DNA of 64,000 nt from Sphyrna mokarran (taxonomy: Eukaryota). A model generated the notes under the pieces. That model was not told the DNA's origin. It ran no database searches and saw only the letters and a program-made list of their open reading frames with translations. This document shows, in pieces, positions 24,221-39,800 of this stretch (its first letter is position 1; every line of letters begins with the position of its first letter). The translations under genes and the position numbers were made by a program. The stretch is from positions 46,624,001-46,688,000 of the forward strand of contig JAGIQG010000003.1 of the NCBI GenBank assembly GCA_024679065.1, written 5' to 3'.

Positions 24221-27200
24221 AAATGTCTGTCTATAGGTGTATGGTGGAGTACAATGTGAAACTCAGCTTAAATACTACCAAAAGCTAAATAACTTGTTAA
24301 CACTCACAATGTAAACTCACACTTAAGAGTGCCATTTCGGACAAGGTTCTGAAGAGTCATTAATCCCTGAGGAACTACAGTCAACTTTGAGTCAGCACCT
24401 TCAGGAGAGAACATAGTTTGTGGGAAAATGTTTGCAAACTTTTAGAAACGAGTAGCATCTTTTATATTTGGCTTTTGTTGAATAAGTTTGGAAACATCAT
24501 TTGCTGAATTTGTCACAGGCTTTTTTTTCTGAAAACATAACTCAGATTAATTTCCACAACTTAATGCAGAATTTTATACAATTGGATCATAAAAGTTTTT
24601 TTCAGGATTAAATGCACTTATTGGGTGTTTTAAGATAGTGGTTATGCCTAGGCCATATTATCACAAGTTAACCATCTACCAGTGATAGCCATTTCAAATG
24701 CATGTTGACCATGGAATCCATTAACTGTTTACATTGATTTCCAATAATATTTTAGCATAAAAATTCAGAAAAAATCAATTCTTTTGGAACAATTTGTGAT
24801 AAACTCGTAGATGTCTATTGAGCAATGTTTTATGCCCTGAGTGGTTTACTGCTGATAAGAATGCTCCAGGAATCAACCTGCAGTTGATTAACAGCAAAAT
24901 AATTAGATTTTAGTAATTTCTGCATGGTTCTTTGAGAACAAGAAAAAGAAAGTAGCCTCGAGGCACAGTGTGTCAGTTAAGGTATTTCAATGTGACCTTC
25001 TCACTTAAAGCATGGAGTTACAGGAAGGGCAGAACTAGTCTGCAGAAAATCATACTGCAAGTTCTGAATGAAAGCAGGGCTAGTGGACAGTATCCACCCC
25101 CTGCCTGTGGTACCAGGGTGTTTCCATCCGTAAAGAGATGATTCTCATATGCCCGAGAGTAAAAGTTGGATTTCCTGAAGAATTGACAATTTTCAGTTTT
25201 GAAATTTGCAAAACCTTTATGAGACAGGGTACAGACAAAATAACTAAGTATGTATGTTGGCATTCAATCAACAGTGCAGTCATTACTGCTTCTCTCTGAA
25301 AAAAAGAACCTTTCCAACATTTTCAACCTCTGGCCTCTCTCAGATGAGATTACTAAGAAAGCACCATTTTATTCCGTAGACTAACGTCCACTGGGAACAA
25401 AGTTAAGACGGCAAAAACTAATTTAACTTGGTATTAAGTGCTGAGATGAATTCATAAATTCATAGTGAAATTTATAGTGAATGGGAAAGAAACTAAAACC
25501 TTGTGAATAGTTGAAAGAGTGTATTGGTTTTCAATTTTATGGCAATTTAACCTCAGATCTTTTTAAAAACACTAATAATTTCATAATCTGCTAGTATGAC
25601 ATTCTGAAAGAAATCTTGGAAATACATTATCTACTTATTAAATTGCATTAATGAGAAAAGAATGAGATATGTACTTTTATTATGATATGGGATGAATTGC
25701 ATTGATCTTTGGTACATTATAAAACAGCAAGCCTCAATGCACATTCCAACTGCAAAGGAATTTGCATTTTTGACAAAAATAGCCCATGATTTGCCTTCTT
25801 TAAAATGTGATATTTGAGTCTGTTCATTATTGTTTAACTGTGACTACAAGGGAAATTTGAGATCTATACTAGAAAGCATTAGCAAAACAATGTTTCCTAT
25901 CTGTAAGTGCTGTAGCTTGTGTGCAGGGAAAATGCTGTCGGAATCAGTTGAAATGCTTTTGCAAAAGCTAAATCTTCGTTTACTCATTGTGTCACATTAA
26001 ATGTATCTTCTAGCGAAAGGCTAGAAGTTCCTCTTGCAAAAGAACCCTTGTTTACATGAACCCATACAGCATTTCATATCAGGAAGTGACTGAGCATTGC
26101 TTAAGCTGAAGACAGGAACAAATTCATGTTCAGTTATGGTTAACATCTCAGCTTGAGATTGAGCAAAACTATACCATAGTGCTGCAACTTTGGCAACTGT
26201 ATCTTATCCAGAATTTGAGTGTGTTAATAAAAAAGTTATTGCTCACACAGCTTGCTTTCTATTCTATTTTTAGTATTCCAGACAGCGAATACCTACTTGG
26301 CTTGTTTCAACAAGTAAAAATTGCATGAGCAATCAGAGGTCAGTCTAATTGTGACCTATTTACTCACTCTACAACTGTTCCAAAGCACAGCATTAAAGAA
26401 CATTGGCCCCAAAAACATACAGCTCTTTTGGCAAATTCTTTCATAACTTCAGCTTGAGTTCAGCAAGAGGTCCCACAAAATATGCCAGCCACAGCCCTCC
26501 CTGTAGACTTTGGGAAACTCTCCTGAGTTACCTACATGTGGTCTCTTGCAAAGCAGAGGGAAGGCAAAGAATGGGAATTTCTGCTTTTCCTGTCTGCTAA
26601 CCCAATGTTAATTTGCTGCTCTTCCACTGATCTAAGTCATTCTGGTAGCACTCATTGGGTAACTGCTAGGATGGTGGTCTGTGACAACTTGGAATCAAGT
26701 GTGTCAGCTTGGAATAATCCAAGCTTAACCTGAAATTGCCTGCATTGCAGCCTGTATATACAACAATGAAAGCATTTTCTGTGGCTGGAATAAAATCAAA
26801 CTGTTTTAAAATGTGTTACAAATACCATAAATATACTTTGGGACCTACATCACAGCTGATCTGTAGAAATTATGCCAGCAATCTAGATTTTTGGTCATGT
26901 TTAGTATATGCGACAATGTTTGTAAAAGATGATGCTGCGTCACAGCATGCTTTTAAAAGATCTCCACTAGCTTCCTGTCATGATTTCATTTCTAAGATTC
27001 ACTGTCTTGTCAACTTTTTCTAATCACTCTGAAGTCTTTCTGGTATCCAGAAGTCAGTCCCGAACAACTTGTGCATATGTGTTTATATATGTGTTAAGGC
27101 ATTCCGCTACTCTGGCAGTAGAACTGCACAACTTACCTTCACCTTCCTGAACATATTACTGATCAAAATGCAACAAATTGTAGATTGCTTGCTACAGTAT

Positions 27201-30200
27201 ATCTTCAATATAAGATTCAGTGAGAGTACAGATTACATGCTTTAAGATTCAAAACACTAGTGTCCATTGAGCTGTGAGATAGATCAACTCCACTTTATAG
27301 GCTAACAGTGGAGGATTAGCTCTACCATGGTAGGTACTCACTTCATTATATTAAGAACTGTATTTCCAAATTCATTTAAATGATAAGTGAATTGAAAGAC
27401 TGGAATTGTTTCACTCTAAATGGAAATTCACTGTATTGAGTTCACTTTAAGCAAGTTCCACTGGATAAGCCTTAATGCTGTAAGTGTACTGATTGCTGGA
27501 AGGTGAAGCAGTAAAAGCTGAAATGATATGAGTATTAAATTTAGTCATTTGACTTAATTATATCCAAACCTCCATTATAACAAGAGAAAAACACCTGAAA
27601 ACTGAACTAGGGAACTCTTCAAATAAGCATTATAAATTCTCCCTAATTAACAATTGACCCAGAACTGAATGGGGACTGGCAACACCGAAGATGAAGTATA
27701 CAATTTCTCTTTTCCTGGCCAATATTCTGGACTGGCCCTACAGCTGGCTTAAAATAAATAAGCAAATAAACTTGAAAACATCACAAACTGCTCCCGGTGC
27801 ATGAACTGTAATATTTGTCGTCATGGTTCACAAAATTGATCATCTATGCAAACTTATTCCAGCTGCTACTGGCTAGGACAATAACCAGAAAACAAATCCA
27901 CACTTAAATTCCAAAAATTAGACAAAGATCAGCATGTTAAACTTAAACAATCCGAATCTACATAACAAATGTGTAAACCTTCAAGTGTAGTTGACTAACA
28001 AGGGTCAACTCTCACTGAATCTAAGTAACATTCTCATCAGCACTGGTACAGTAATAAAATACTTCGATGTTAATAGCACGTTAGGTGCAGTCACCATCAA
28101 CTCACATAGCATAAACTTTTTGCGATTCTGTGAAACAGTGCTTTTGTCAACTACAAGTTTTATGTGTTTTTTTTAAGTATCTGATACCATATTATTTTGT
28201 CTCCAGTTTGTAACAGAACTTCTAAAAGCTTGAGTTATATGTAAATCTGAGGATTGAAATGAAATCTGCTCTGTGACCTTTTGTAACTTTAAATTTAAAG
28301 TGTACATATCTGATTGTGCATGAGTAAACCCAAATGAGTTACCAGTAAATTGAAGTTTTTCAGTTTCTTATCAGTGGCATTTAAGTATTTTTCTCTCTTC
28401 TGCTCATATGTTCTCAATCATCAACCTTCATAATATTTTCATATGAAAAAAAATTACAATGAACTATGACTATACAATGCAGGAAAATCATTTTTTTAAC
28501 CATTGTATCATTTTACATTTTTAATATATCCATTATGGCCTTTACATAACTTGAATGCGTACCTGTTTGGAATAAGTCAAAATATGTCTACATAAAAAAT
28601 TGTATCAATTCTATGTCAAAGAAACTTAAAGAGGGCAATTGTTAGGATGAAATTTAGATCAATATAGGCATAAATTCCAATTCAATATTAGATAGAATTA
28701 CATAAATAAAAATCAATACTATAATGCATTTAATCACTGAATTTTGAAAAAACAATGATTAAACTTGATAATCTTACCAAAAACGTATATAACATGCTGG
28801 ATTTTTTTTGTATATTATATTTTACATAATATAGTTACAAAACCCACTTTCAGCTTTCTAGTCATTAGTTTGTATTCCAAATAAAGTGTATCAATTTAGT
28901 ATGCTAACAAATCACCTGATTGATCATTTAGTGTGTGATATTGATAAATGAGCAAAACAAGATATGAATATTTGGATAAATTAGATTTTACTTATCCTAA
29001 GACAGACTATGATAAGACAAAAGTTCAGATTAAAAGAAGGACGGACTCTTGGAATTCAACCAGCATTGTTACCTTAATTACTATATTATGCATTCAGTAA
29101 AGAAAAATGCAGTCATGGATCAAGTTCCAGGTAATGCAGCAGATAATAAATGGGATAGGTTCTGTAAGTGGTATGGAAGCCATTCCTCTTCAGCAATATT
29201 TAACTAAACAATAAAGGCTAAAACCTAACTGAAATGTAACAAAGGAGACTGACTGTTTCAACTAGCTGATGAATTAGTAACAAGTGGGTATAGATTGCAT
29301 AGTTCCTTGCAGAATAAAAGGAGAAGTTAAAGTATTATTTTCACAAAGATGCTTAATAGAACATGAAATACTTTATCAAATGAGGTTATTACCAAGAGAC
29401 TTTGTGCAAATCTTTTTCCAAGCAAACATGCATACAAACAAGGAGGACAGTAGCAGGCTCTCTGTGCTGTCAGTATGTTTTGCTTTGCTTCTTTAACCCT
29501 ATTCATAGCAAAGAATCCTATTTCTGGATTTCGCCAACAATCAGAGGGCATGCAGGATGATAAAGGGATTTTTATAGTTAAAGGAACCTTGGCAAGGACC
29601 AGGATGGCTGAACTGTTCACTGATGCCTGAGGCTGCATTGGCTACCACAATGGAAAGGACGCTTAAGATGTCTGCTCCCTAGTCTCCCACTCTCACCTAG
29701 AGGCCCTGCTGCAGGATTTGTAAAGGTGAATGAGCTAAAGTTTGCCATAGATGGGAAGAATGGGCTATCCTGTCCAATTTATGGTCCTTTGACTAAAATC
29801 AAGCATCAGATCAAGCCCAAGATGGGGTGAAGTGCCTTATCTTGCCACCTTGAATCTTGCTTGTCTCTCTTATTGGATTCAATTAGATTGTGAATTTAAC
29901 TTACGGAGCAAGCAAGGAATGGATTTGAATCTTGGTCCACTCTGAGCATTGGCTTTGTAACTTTAAGGATGGAGTAAAAAAAAGAAGATGGAATTGATTG
30001 AGGAAATGATCATTGGCCCCTCCAACTTGGAGACACTGTGTTCAGAGAGTTCAGGAGGCCAAAAAAGGTGAGTGCAGTAACAAATTCCAGTTGTCAAGAT
30101 CCACACCCTGACTTTCCCACCCTTCTCTTACACAGTACTCCTCAAATCATTACATCTCACAGCTCCACTCATTCCTGTCTGCCCAGGCAGCTCCATACAG

Positions 30201-30329
30201 CCCCATCTGTGCAGTCAATGGGTAGATTTACCTTCAGATTTGTTTCATTTCATATTCATGCCTCACTGATGATCATCAAATGTTGTTCTTCCCCCAAGCC
30301 ATTCTGAACATCCCTTGGAAGAGAAGAGA

Positions 30330-30520
30330 GAACACAGAGGCAGAGACCAAGAATAGGAAGGCAAGGCCCTTCAATAATGGCTATCTTGGCAGCCAACAAA
30401 GTGCTTGCCCATCTAATCTAGTTCAGTAGGAAGGAGGTCTTGTTCCAAGATGCTGATGATGTCAGGAATCATCTGCCTTGAGAACCTGAGCTGATATATT
30501 GAAAAGCATGTTCCACTGCC
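30330..30520 (-). mobile_element. Harbinger/PIF transposase N-terminal relic
   Basis: LRFSRQMIPDIISILEQDLLP...GQAL resembles the HARBI1-like transposase N-terminus (R.SR..I..L..LL..DL...AL). Interrupted by stops. Confidence 0.45.
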
Positions 30521-32062
30521 TTTAGATCCTGCATTGAGCATTTGGCCAAATCTCAGTCCCCATCTCCACTCCCCTGTGTAAAAACATGTGGCTATATAAG
30601 CTGCTTCCATGCCACAATGAAGGGCAGTGAAGGGAAATGAAAATAAAGTTAAGTGAAGTCCCAGACAGTGAACTGACATCCAAGAAATTGGAAATCACCT
30701 CTCAAGTCCTGAGTGCACACTCTGAGGAGAGGAGAATGTAGAGTGCAGTAGCCACTCACCAAGACATGGTTGCAGCTACTCACTTTCACTGTTTGTAGGC
30801 TTCTCAGGCCATCAGTTCCACATTGTGGCCCTGACACAGCTCAGGAAACCCGAGTGCTGGTTGGTAAAGGCAGAATGCTGGATTAAATCATAAGGAATTG
30901 ACTGGCTTGGATTTTCACAATAACATAGAGCATTTGGAAGCAGTGGCAGCAGCTGAAATCTAGATCTCCTGTTCCCAACAATGGCACCTACCATTTTCAC
31001 AAGACAGGAATGGATCTCAGTTGGGAATTGCACATGCACATTTCACAGAGACAGCTGCATTTATAAATTGCCAGTGCAATTCTGGCAACTCTGGTGACCC
31101 AGATATATGAAACATCATGTGCAAGATTAGACTGAGTAGCAGCATGTCTAAAATTTGTGGAGTTCTTTGGAGAGGTGGGCTACCATTTTGAGGCGATAGA
31201 ATATCTATTAAGTTTGATCCCAGGACACCTTTCACAGAGATCAGGTGCCTCTTGGGAGAAATAAGGTGCTTCTTGGGATTATTAAATGTAGATTTGAAAA
31301 TGTATTTTAAGTGCATAAGCTCATTACTGTCAAGATTCTTGGAACTGTCACATGTGTTGAACTATTAAAGAAAAATGTCAAAAGCAACTATCAAACTGTC
31401 AAGCTATTTACAACTTCTGCCTTTTAATCTTTGAAAAAATGGCTGGAGTGTTTTTAAAAAATGCTTGTCTTTTCACTTTGTTGACATAAGCCTGAGGTTT
31501 GCCTTTACTATATTAGTGCTGCATGAGGAATTTCACAACCTTCCATTATCACAGTAGGGTGCCTACCATTTCACAGTTTGATAGATCCAAGTGTTGGTAT
31601 GAGTTGCTGATAAGTTGGCATAGGGACTATAAAGTGCTATTGGATTAAGAAGGGCATTTGGGGTAATATAGGAGCCATAAAGAGTTATGGCATGTGTAGG
31701 GAGATTGGATTTGTATGGATGGATCATGGGAAGTGTGAGGGGATAAGGGGTGAGGTTGGAAAGACGTTTAATGTTCTACTTTTTTTTTATTTCAGTACAA
31801 TGCCGGAACCCAGAGGCAGCCCTTTTGCCTCCACACCCAGCAGATTCCACACTCATTCTGGTGCCACTAGCCCTACCACCAGAGAATTCTACCAACCCAG
31901 GACCAAAATTCCAACTTCCAGGGAACTCTCTTGCATGTCAGAAGATCAGAAAATGACTTAATTCCATGTTCCCAGCCTGGGAGCAAAATCCAGAAATGTT
32001 ATATTGCAATTGCCTATTCCATAGCTTCCCAAAGATTTCCCACTCACCTGCAACTGACCCAA

Positions 32063-32268
32063 GGCTGGAATTCTTCAACTGATCACACCGGTAGGATCTT
32101 CTGGTCCTGCCGATGGTGCATCCCTGTTGCGGGTTTCCTGGCGGTGTAGAGTGCAATCAATGGGAAATCCTATTGACAGTGGCAGGACCAGAAGATTTAG
32201 CTGCCAGTGAATGGCACCCTGCCTCCCATCACTAGAGACACATAGAGGGGAAGGCAGAGAATTCCCCC
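32063..32268. mobile_element. MITE-like palindromic element
   Basis: Perfect 16-bp inverted repeat atcttctggtcctgcc (32096-32111) / ggcaggaccagaagat (32181-32196), a central hairpin tcaatggga..tcctattga, and ends ggctggaatt / aattccccc. Confidence 0.65.
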
Positions 32269-35200
32269 TAGATTGAACCCATCTTGGATTCATGACCGAA
32301 CTCCACTCTTTGGAGCTTTAACCTAGTCCAATGCCTACACCCAAATACATCTCCCCTTGACAATTAAATTTCTGTGCTGTGGCACCATTTAAAAAAAATG
32401 GTTTAAACATTTTACAAGGACAGAATAAAATGTAGGATAATGGAATTGCAGTAGTGAGCTCCAGTTCATCTGTTCACCCTAGCTGAACACGACAGAACAA
32501 CTGGCTTCTTTCCATGCTGTAATTTCTATAAAAATCAACAATCTTGTTTTAAGTCACCACACACTACAATAATTACCCTGACATATTTTCCAATATTTAA
32601 AGTCTATGTTGAACATCATCAACGAACCTGCCTTGAAAGACTTCAACTCCGTGGAAAATGTAATCAACAACTACACAACTTGCCACCAAGTGTTAAAATT
32701 AATCTCAAATACGATGTGCCTATCAGATCTGTGTCATTCAACTGGCCTATGGTAAGTAACTCAATAATGGTTCAATACTATAATGAGATGGTTGTAGCTT
32801 TGAATGAGAACTATAATTTGGACACACTCCATGGCTGTTTTAATCATTTTTGGAATATTATAAGAATACTGTACTATCAACAGATGCAGAATATCTTAAC
32901 ATTAGCCAAATAACTTAAATATCAATTCATAGCAATTGGAGCAATTTATTCTCTGAAAATCCCATTTTCTTCACCAAATTCTCTGGCAAAGATAAATAAT
33001 TAAGAGGTGTTGAGTTTTTTTTCTCTCATTTCTCACTTGGTTCCTTTTAACATGATAAAAGAACAGTGTAAAATATTTGTTTTTGATGGATTGAAGACAT
33101 TCATTACAGATTTTACAGCATTGTGTTTACCTGTAAATTTAAAAAATGACTTGCACAGCAGTCAGCCACATTATAGAAAAACTTAAAGCTTGGTTAATGG
33201 GAAACATTGTACAGGGAGTTGTGGGTTTTGGACTGCTCCACTCCTGCCCCGCCAGGTGATGCAATAAGAAAGTGGAGGCCGACATCTGGAGGGTTGCCTT
33301 AATGCACGCAGCTCAGCCCCTCATATGAGGTTCCCTATTCTTTCCTGACCTTTATCATTTAGGCCATTAGGAACAGCCTGTCCACTCCCGCCCTGCCTGC
33401 CCATGCCAGCTATACTATGGCAATGAGCAGTATTACATCCAGATCAATAGATTTGCTAGCAAGTCTATTGTTGGGTGGTTGAGCTGCCAATTCTTGCATC
33501 CACCTGCCTACTGTTGAAGGTAGGCAGAAAAGTGTTGGGCTTCCTGATCTATTCTATATGCTTTCCCTTAACCTATCCTATCAAAAACATGCCTAGTAGG
33601 AGTATGTGAAATCCAGCCCTGGGTAAGAAAGCAGCTATCTGTAGTTCTAGTCTTAACTGTGTTTTAAGTGAACTTGAAACAAAGCAGCATAAATATTTCA
33701 CTATGGGGCCATTCATGCCACACTCTCGCTGCAGCCAAGTTGGAGAATTTGATGGCCAGCCAAATCTCTGTGCACTGCGGGAGGATGGGAAAATCCCGTT
33801 GGCTGTGAATGGTGGTATGATTTCCAAGACTTTTATTTAAAAAGTTATACACCAGAATTTTCCCCTCCCACCTATCAAGGGAATCGTAGCAGGCAGCTTA
33901 CTGACTATGCAAAGATCTGTTGACCTCAGGAGAGATTTTCCAGATTTGAGGTGAGCATAGCCAGAAAATCCCATGCGTGTGCTTTTTAACTTTGAACATT
34001 GAAAGAAGGAAGTAAAAAACTTATTTTTAAATTCATGATCTTTAAATCCTATCTCGAAATATTTTCATATTTTTTGAAAATTCAGAAAATAAAGATGGGA
34101 TAATGGCAAAAAATAGCTGGAAACAAAGGTCCTTACATTATGCTGTGAGATGCTGAAGCATGACTGTTTAACTCTGAAATTCTGCTAATTTAGCACAGGC
34201 ACTAACACAGTTAAAATAAATGGATTAGGTTTTTCCCTAAAAGAACAGGGAAAGGAATTTCAGACAAACTCTGTCTTGGGCCTCATGGCCTGCAGTGTAA
34301 TTTCAGAGCAAATTAAATTGTTAACTTGGCTACTTGAATTACTGTCAGGCAAGTGGCATTCAATAGATACAAACAGAAGCTGGAAAATCAGTAAACAAGG
34401 ATACTAACAATTTTTATTAGCATAACTACAGAAAAAGATCCAGCGAAATGTCATTCATTTCCTCCAAGCCAAGTTAGTATCCTTTATTATTTACATTTGA
34501 AAACTAGGGCAATTCAGATTTCTGTAAAGGACATGGTGTTGATCTGAATAGGCAGGCATGAGCAATAAATGTAATTCTTCAAAACTTAACTAAATGAAAA
34601 TAAAAATGGAAGTCCTTGGCTCTCATCCCCACACAAGTATTTCCCATGTACACTTTTCAATTGCCATCAGCTGATGCTAAAGTACAAACTAATATTTGAT
34701 GACCTAAGGATTTTGTTCGTTTCCTTGAAGTAAAATTTTATAAATATCATAAATCAGAAAATTCTTCAGAAATAACGAGAAATCATTGGAAGGATCTAGG
34801 GTGTGAAATTGGGTCTTTGGCAATAATTTTCAAAACAGGTGATTAGGAATCAGTAGCACATTTTGCACTTTGCCTGATTCTTTTACCCTGATTATTTTAT
34901 CATTTCCTACTAGTAACTTGTAATTGATAGTTAGAATCAATACCAAATAAGCAAACTAAAAACAACTAGCAGTAGAAAAACTTGAATTTAATACATCAAC
35001 AGGAACGTAAACTTAAGAATCACTATGCTATTTGATTCAAATAAATGCTCTTTCATTTACTACTGCTAATATTTTGTACATTGGTGATTCATAGAAAAGT
35101 GTTTTGAAGATGGTGAGGCTAAGATTCTTTCTTTATATTTAGATTTAGTGTCTAGATCTATATCTAAGTAAAATGCACAACCATCACATAATTCACTTCT

Positions 35201-36439
35201 GGTGGTGCCAATTTAACAATATTCAGGGTTGAGACTGAGCAGCATTTTAATAGTGACAGAGAAACAAAGGGCTCTTAGCATAAAATTTGTGAAATCAAGT
35301 TCTAATTTGAAGTAAATGAAACAGTATTGCAATGCCCGCACAGATTCTATGAGGGAGTGTTGAATTAAATTGCTCCTGACATCATTAAAATCGCAGCCGT
35401 TAAGAGTAATTTGATGTGAATAAACAGTAAAATATTTCACAGCTAGATATCACACAAAAAGCCCATGGTACTGGTAAAGTCAGTGAAGGAATGCTGCCTT
35501 TAATACCAAAGCCCATCTGTGAAAACCATAGACCATGTTAAGTGAATCAAATTTTCTGATGGACGATTATATTTCATTTCTCTTTCCTCTGAACCAGAAA
35601 ACTGCACTGCATTAAAAAAAATACATTTTATTCACAGATTAATAATCCATCTTTTGCCACTGTGGTGCATCATCTCGAGAATCAAATTGCTAGCAAAAGC
35701 TATACCGTATTTCATTATTCTCAAGCTAAATAAGGTCTTCCTCATACATATTTTCTTGCAGCGAATTAACATTCTTGTTTCAAACTCTACTGACAGTTTT
35801 TAGATTCAGAAATGTATTATACAGGAGCTGATGACATACTCCTTTCTGACCCTTACACATTTGCTTTCTGTCATTTACAGAACATGCTGTCAGTGGAATC
35901 CTGATAAATGCTCTTGAAGATGTCACAGCAAAGCTTGGCCTTAATGCGAAACACATGCGGGTCAGTAACCCTCCATTCATCATCAAGAAGAGGGTCAAGC
36001 TACTGCTGGATCATTGATGGTCAAAAGCAATTAACCCTTTCATTTACTATTTCTGACAGGAGTATTTGGAGTGGGATTCTCCATTGCCCTGGATTAATCA
36101 CCAATGTGGGTAGTTTCATCTTTTTTATTACTTTACAAGCTGTTAATGTCAGACCAAACTTTGACAAGTCAAAATAATAGGAGGAAAGAAAGCACAACTG
36201 ATTTCCAAAACTGCACTTTGTATATGGTTTAAGGCCATTTCCTCTTTAAAAATCTGTTAAATATTTTGACATTTATCTTTTTTTTCACCTTATATAATCT
36301 CAGCATTTCCATTGAAGTCAGTGGAAAATAAAATCGGTCAACATGTAAAACAGGCAGCCTGACCCAATCCCGTCAATTTCTTGTTGGTCAGGTTAGCTTA
36401 AAAATATCCCCAGAGAGTTTTCTTTCTGTGGGTGTCCTT

Positions 36440-36800
36440 GTGGACTAGTCATCTATGTGGCACTTTATCAAAAGCTTTGCTGCAAGCTGATTAAACAACA
36501 TCCACTGTGTTCCCCCTTCCAAGGAGTTTGTTATCTCCTCAAAGAACTCTAACAGATTCGTCAGGCATGATTTCCCTCTTATAAAGCCATACTGGCTCCC
36601 TATTATAATGCTGTGTTTCTCTAGTTCCTTCAGGATGCTATCCACTGCTTTCCTGATCATTTTTTTTCTGTTTTTTTTAATGGATTGTGTGATTACACCA
36701 AAGATATTTTTAGATTTAACTTCTCTATGGTCATTGAATGTTTCAGCAAGGTGTTCGGTGTTCACATTCCCACTTTCCATAGCTTTTCCATATAGTTCTG
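36440..36800 (-). mobile_element. CR1 RT fragment
   Basis: ORF 36445..36780 contains SQYGFIRGKSCLTNLLEFFEEIT, the canonical CR1 RT motif. Confidence 0.8.
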
Positions 36801-39800
36801 GTGCCTAAGGCGTCAGTCAGTCTTTTTTCCATTATTGACCTTTCTTTGCTGCAAAATGTTCAGTTAATACAATGATTGGAACTTTATGCTACATGTACAG
36901 TGGAAGAGGAATGGTTTTGAACAAGTCCGTTGTCACTTTCTCTGCTTTTAAACTCAACCCTCCATCTATGCAGTTCAAAAATTTTGTTTTTTCCTTTTTT
37001 AAAACTGCCACACACTGTGCTAATGTGTTCAGCAAGTTATCTATGAGTACCCCCAAATAGTTCTTCTGTGCTCTATCTTGTACATAAATCCCTTTTACTT
37101 TGTCAGGTTATTTCAATGTCCTCACTTTTGGATAAATTTGAGTATTAACATATAGTAGTAATTTTCTGATAAGTGCTCCCTTTCAGAGTGGGCCAGTGAA
37201 TTTAGTCTCCGAATTCAACTTTCCGCAATCTGATCATTTGTACTATTCCATTGTATTATGTGCGTTTGCCACTTGCCAGACATACTACTTAATGTAACAA
37301 AATAAATTACCCATAGTTTTGCATGAAGTTTCAGAAGTATTCTGATTTTCTATACATTATTGCTGATGTTACTTATCAGGTTCTTTGCCATTACCTGTCT
37401 TCAGGGTTTAATTTACAGTGTAAGTAGCATTGCATCAATGCTTTTTGAGATTAAAATTAAACATTATAAAAGTCACAAAACCAAGAAAAGATGAGACAAT
37501 AAATTTACAAAATTTTGTAGCGTAAATTCTGTCTATATTGCATTTCACTTTCAATGGACATATTCTCAGATGTCTATGACTCCTTTCCTTACCCACTGAC
37601 ATATGGCTAAATGATACATAAATTAGAAAAAAAAAGTGCATGAAATAATGTGTTTCAACTGCATTGTTACTCAATCAGAAGTAAAAATTTTGTTTAGCCC
37701 AGTACCTGGGATTAATTATTTAGTTAAAAAAAACAGAATTCTTGATTTGATGACTAAATTTTCAATAAGTAAGAAACAGGACATATTGAATAACTATTTT
37801 GTTTATCTACCAGTTGAAAATGCTTCCATTTGAATTCAGAATGTACAAAGCTACAAATACTACATTCTGTGGTGTAATGTTCTCTCCTGCACAGCCAGTT
37901 GAAACTTTATACAGATATCGCGTTGAATTTTTTAATTTCAAGAAATGCATTTTAATGAAAGGCAGCCAGAGAGCAAGAAGAAACTTGTTACTAATATCTT
38001 AACAGTTATTAAACAGTGGAATCAAACAACAAACAGTTGAGCTGATGTTTCAATGCAAAGGCAGGATAGGGTTTTGCAATATTGTCTGTACCTCAAGAGA
38101 GGCACTAGTTGAACAATATTTGCAGCATTGTTGGGAGAGGAGAATTATTGGGAAAGTATTCCAGGCAGATTTTATGTATCTCCTTATTACAACCTTTTAC
38201 AATACAGTATTTATAAGCCAACATGTGTCAGATATGTTTTAATATGCCAACCAGTCTCTTGTGATAATAGTCAAGGTAATCTGCAGTCCGGCATTAATAC
38301 TTCACTGATAAGGTAGCATTGTATTTAAATTATCATGTCCCTTTAAGACTATTTCTCAAGTATTCCCTGTGAGATAGCCTAAATAAACTTATTTACAGGG
38401 TAATTATTGGAGATTGATAACTCCTGCTGTTGTGAAGAGGCAGGATATCAGGTCAGAAAGAATTGATAGGAAATGACTTTTTTCTTTTTGACTTATACTT
38501 TTAATGAATAGAAGGTTGATGTAAGTGTTTAAATATTAATACATGTTCATAAAGAAACTATTGAGATTTTCCATAATGTATTAACCTTGTAGCATATTCT
38601 GAATAATCAAATACATAACAGTGGCTCCTGACTAAAGAAAATATACAACATTCTTCTACCAAATTTTGCCATTTTGTATCATGTGTTGTAATATTTTTGT
38701 CACAATGGCTTGAAATATGCATTCATTCAAAACACAGATCAAAAGGCAACAGATCAGCAATAACAAACTCCAGGGACTCCAAGACTGGGAAGTCATTGAG
38801 AGTCTTAACCTTTCACACATAAAAACTGCATTCACATGACACTCTCAATAAGGCGGTCTTTGGAAGCTACACAAAAAGTACGTTAGTCAGGGATGAAGTA
38901 CAAAGAAGTTATTTTACTTGTTCTTATATTAAGAGTCATAAACAATGAGATATTGCAGAGGCAATGATTTTTGAGTTTATGAAAGTATATAGTGATATAT
39001 ACTTTAAACCTATTTTTTAAAATACTTTAAAGAGACCTCTAACAAAGTTAAATACATTAGCATAACTTTGAATTTCAGATGATGTAGTTAAATTGTTCCA
39101 GCTTTGGTCTTGTGGTTTATAACATGATCTAAATGCTTCGATACTGTGTGTGCTTTGTAACTCATTCCTGCGTATCCATGATTTTTTATACATCACATGG
39201 AGTTGAACTAGATCTTATTACCTATAATATCACTGCTTAGAATGAAAGGGCACTTAGTTCCCACACCAATATGGACATAAATTCTAGATTCTTTCATGGT
39301 TTCAAAACAGTGAAAGACATTTAATCCATACAGTAATAAAACTGAACTTGATGGATTACATACCAAAAGAGGATTTTGATCAAAGACTTCTGCAATATTA
39401 CTGCAGTATATATATTTTAACAACTGCTTATATTATTATCAATGGGGAAATGCAGCTTGCAGAACAATTCTCAAAAGTTAAATTAATTTGGAAAGAAAAT
39501 GCATTAAAACACCCATGGAATGATCAAGTAATGTTCTTTAATTGTAATTGTAATGTTGAGATTCGCTGAAAGTATCGAACGACGGAGTAGTAAACGTGAA
39601 AAAAAATGAGAAGTTCTAAATCATAGAATAATCTTTTTAAAATGCCTTCAACAATGCTATTAGCTTGCACCTATTAAATTTATTCCAAGAAAGCACCATT
39701 TGAAAGAAAATGATTAGCAAGTGTAAATGATATATTAAAATGAAGAATGGGGCCTGCTGCGATTACACAATTTATATACCATATTCGTCCCATGAGTCAG

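Noticed and set aside
35902-35916. Exact 15-mer tgataaatgctcttg repeated at 49722-49736
   Set aside because: A few exact 15-mer matches are expected by chance in 64 kb of AT-rich DNA.
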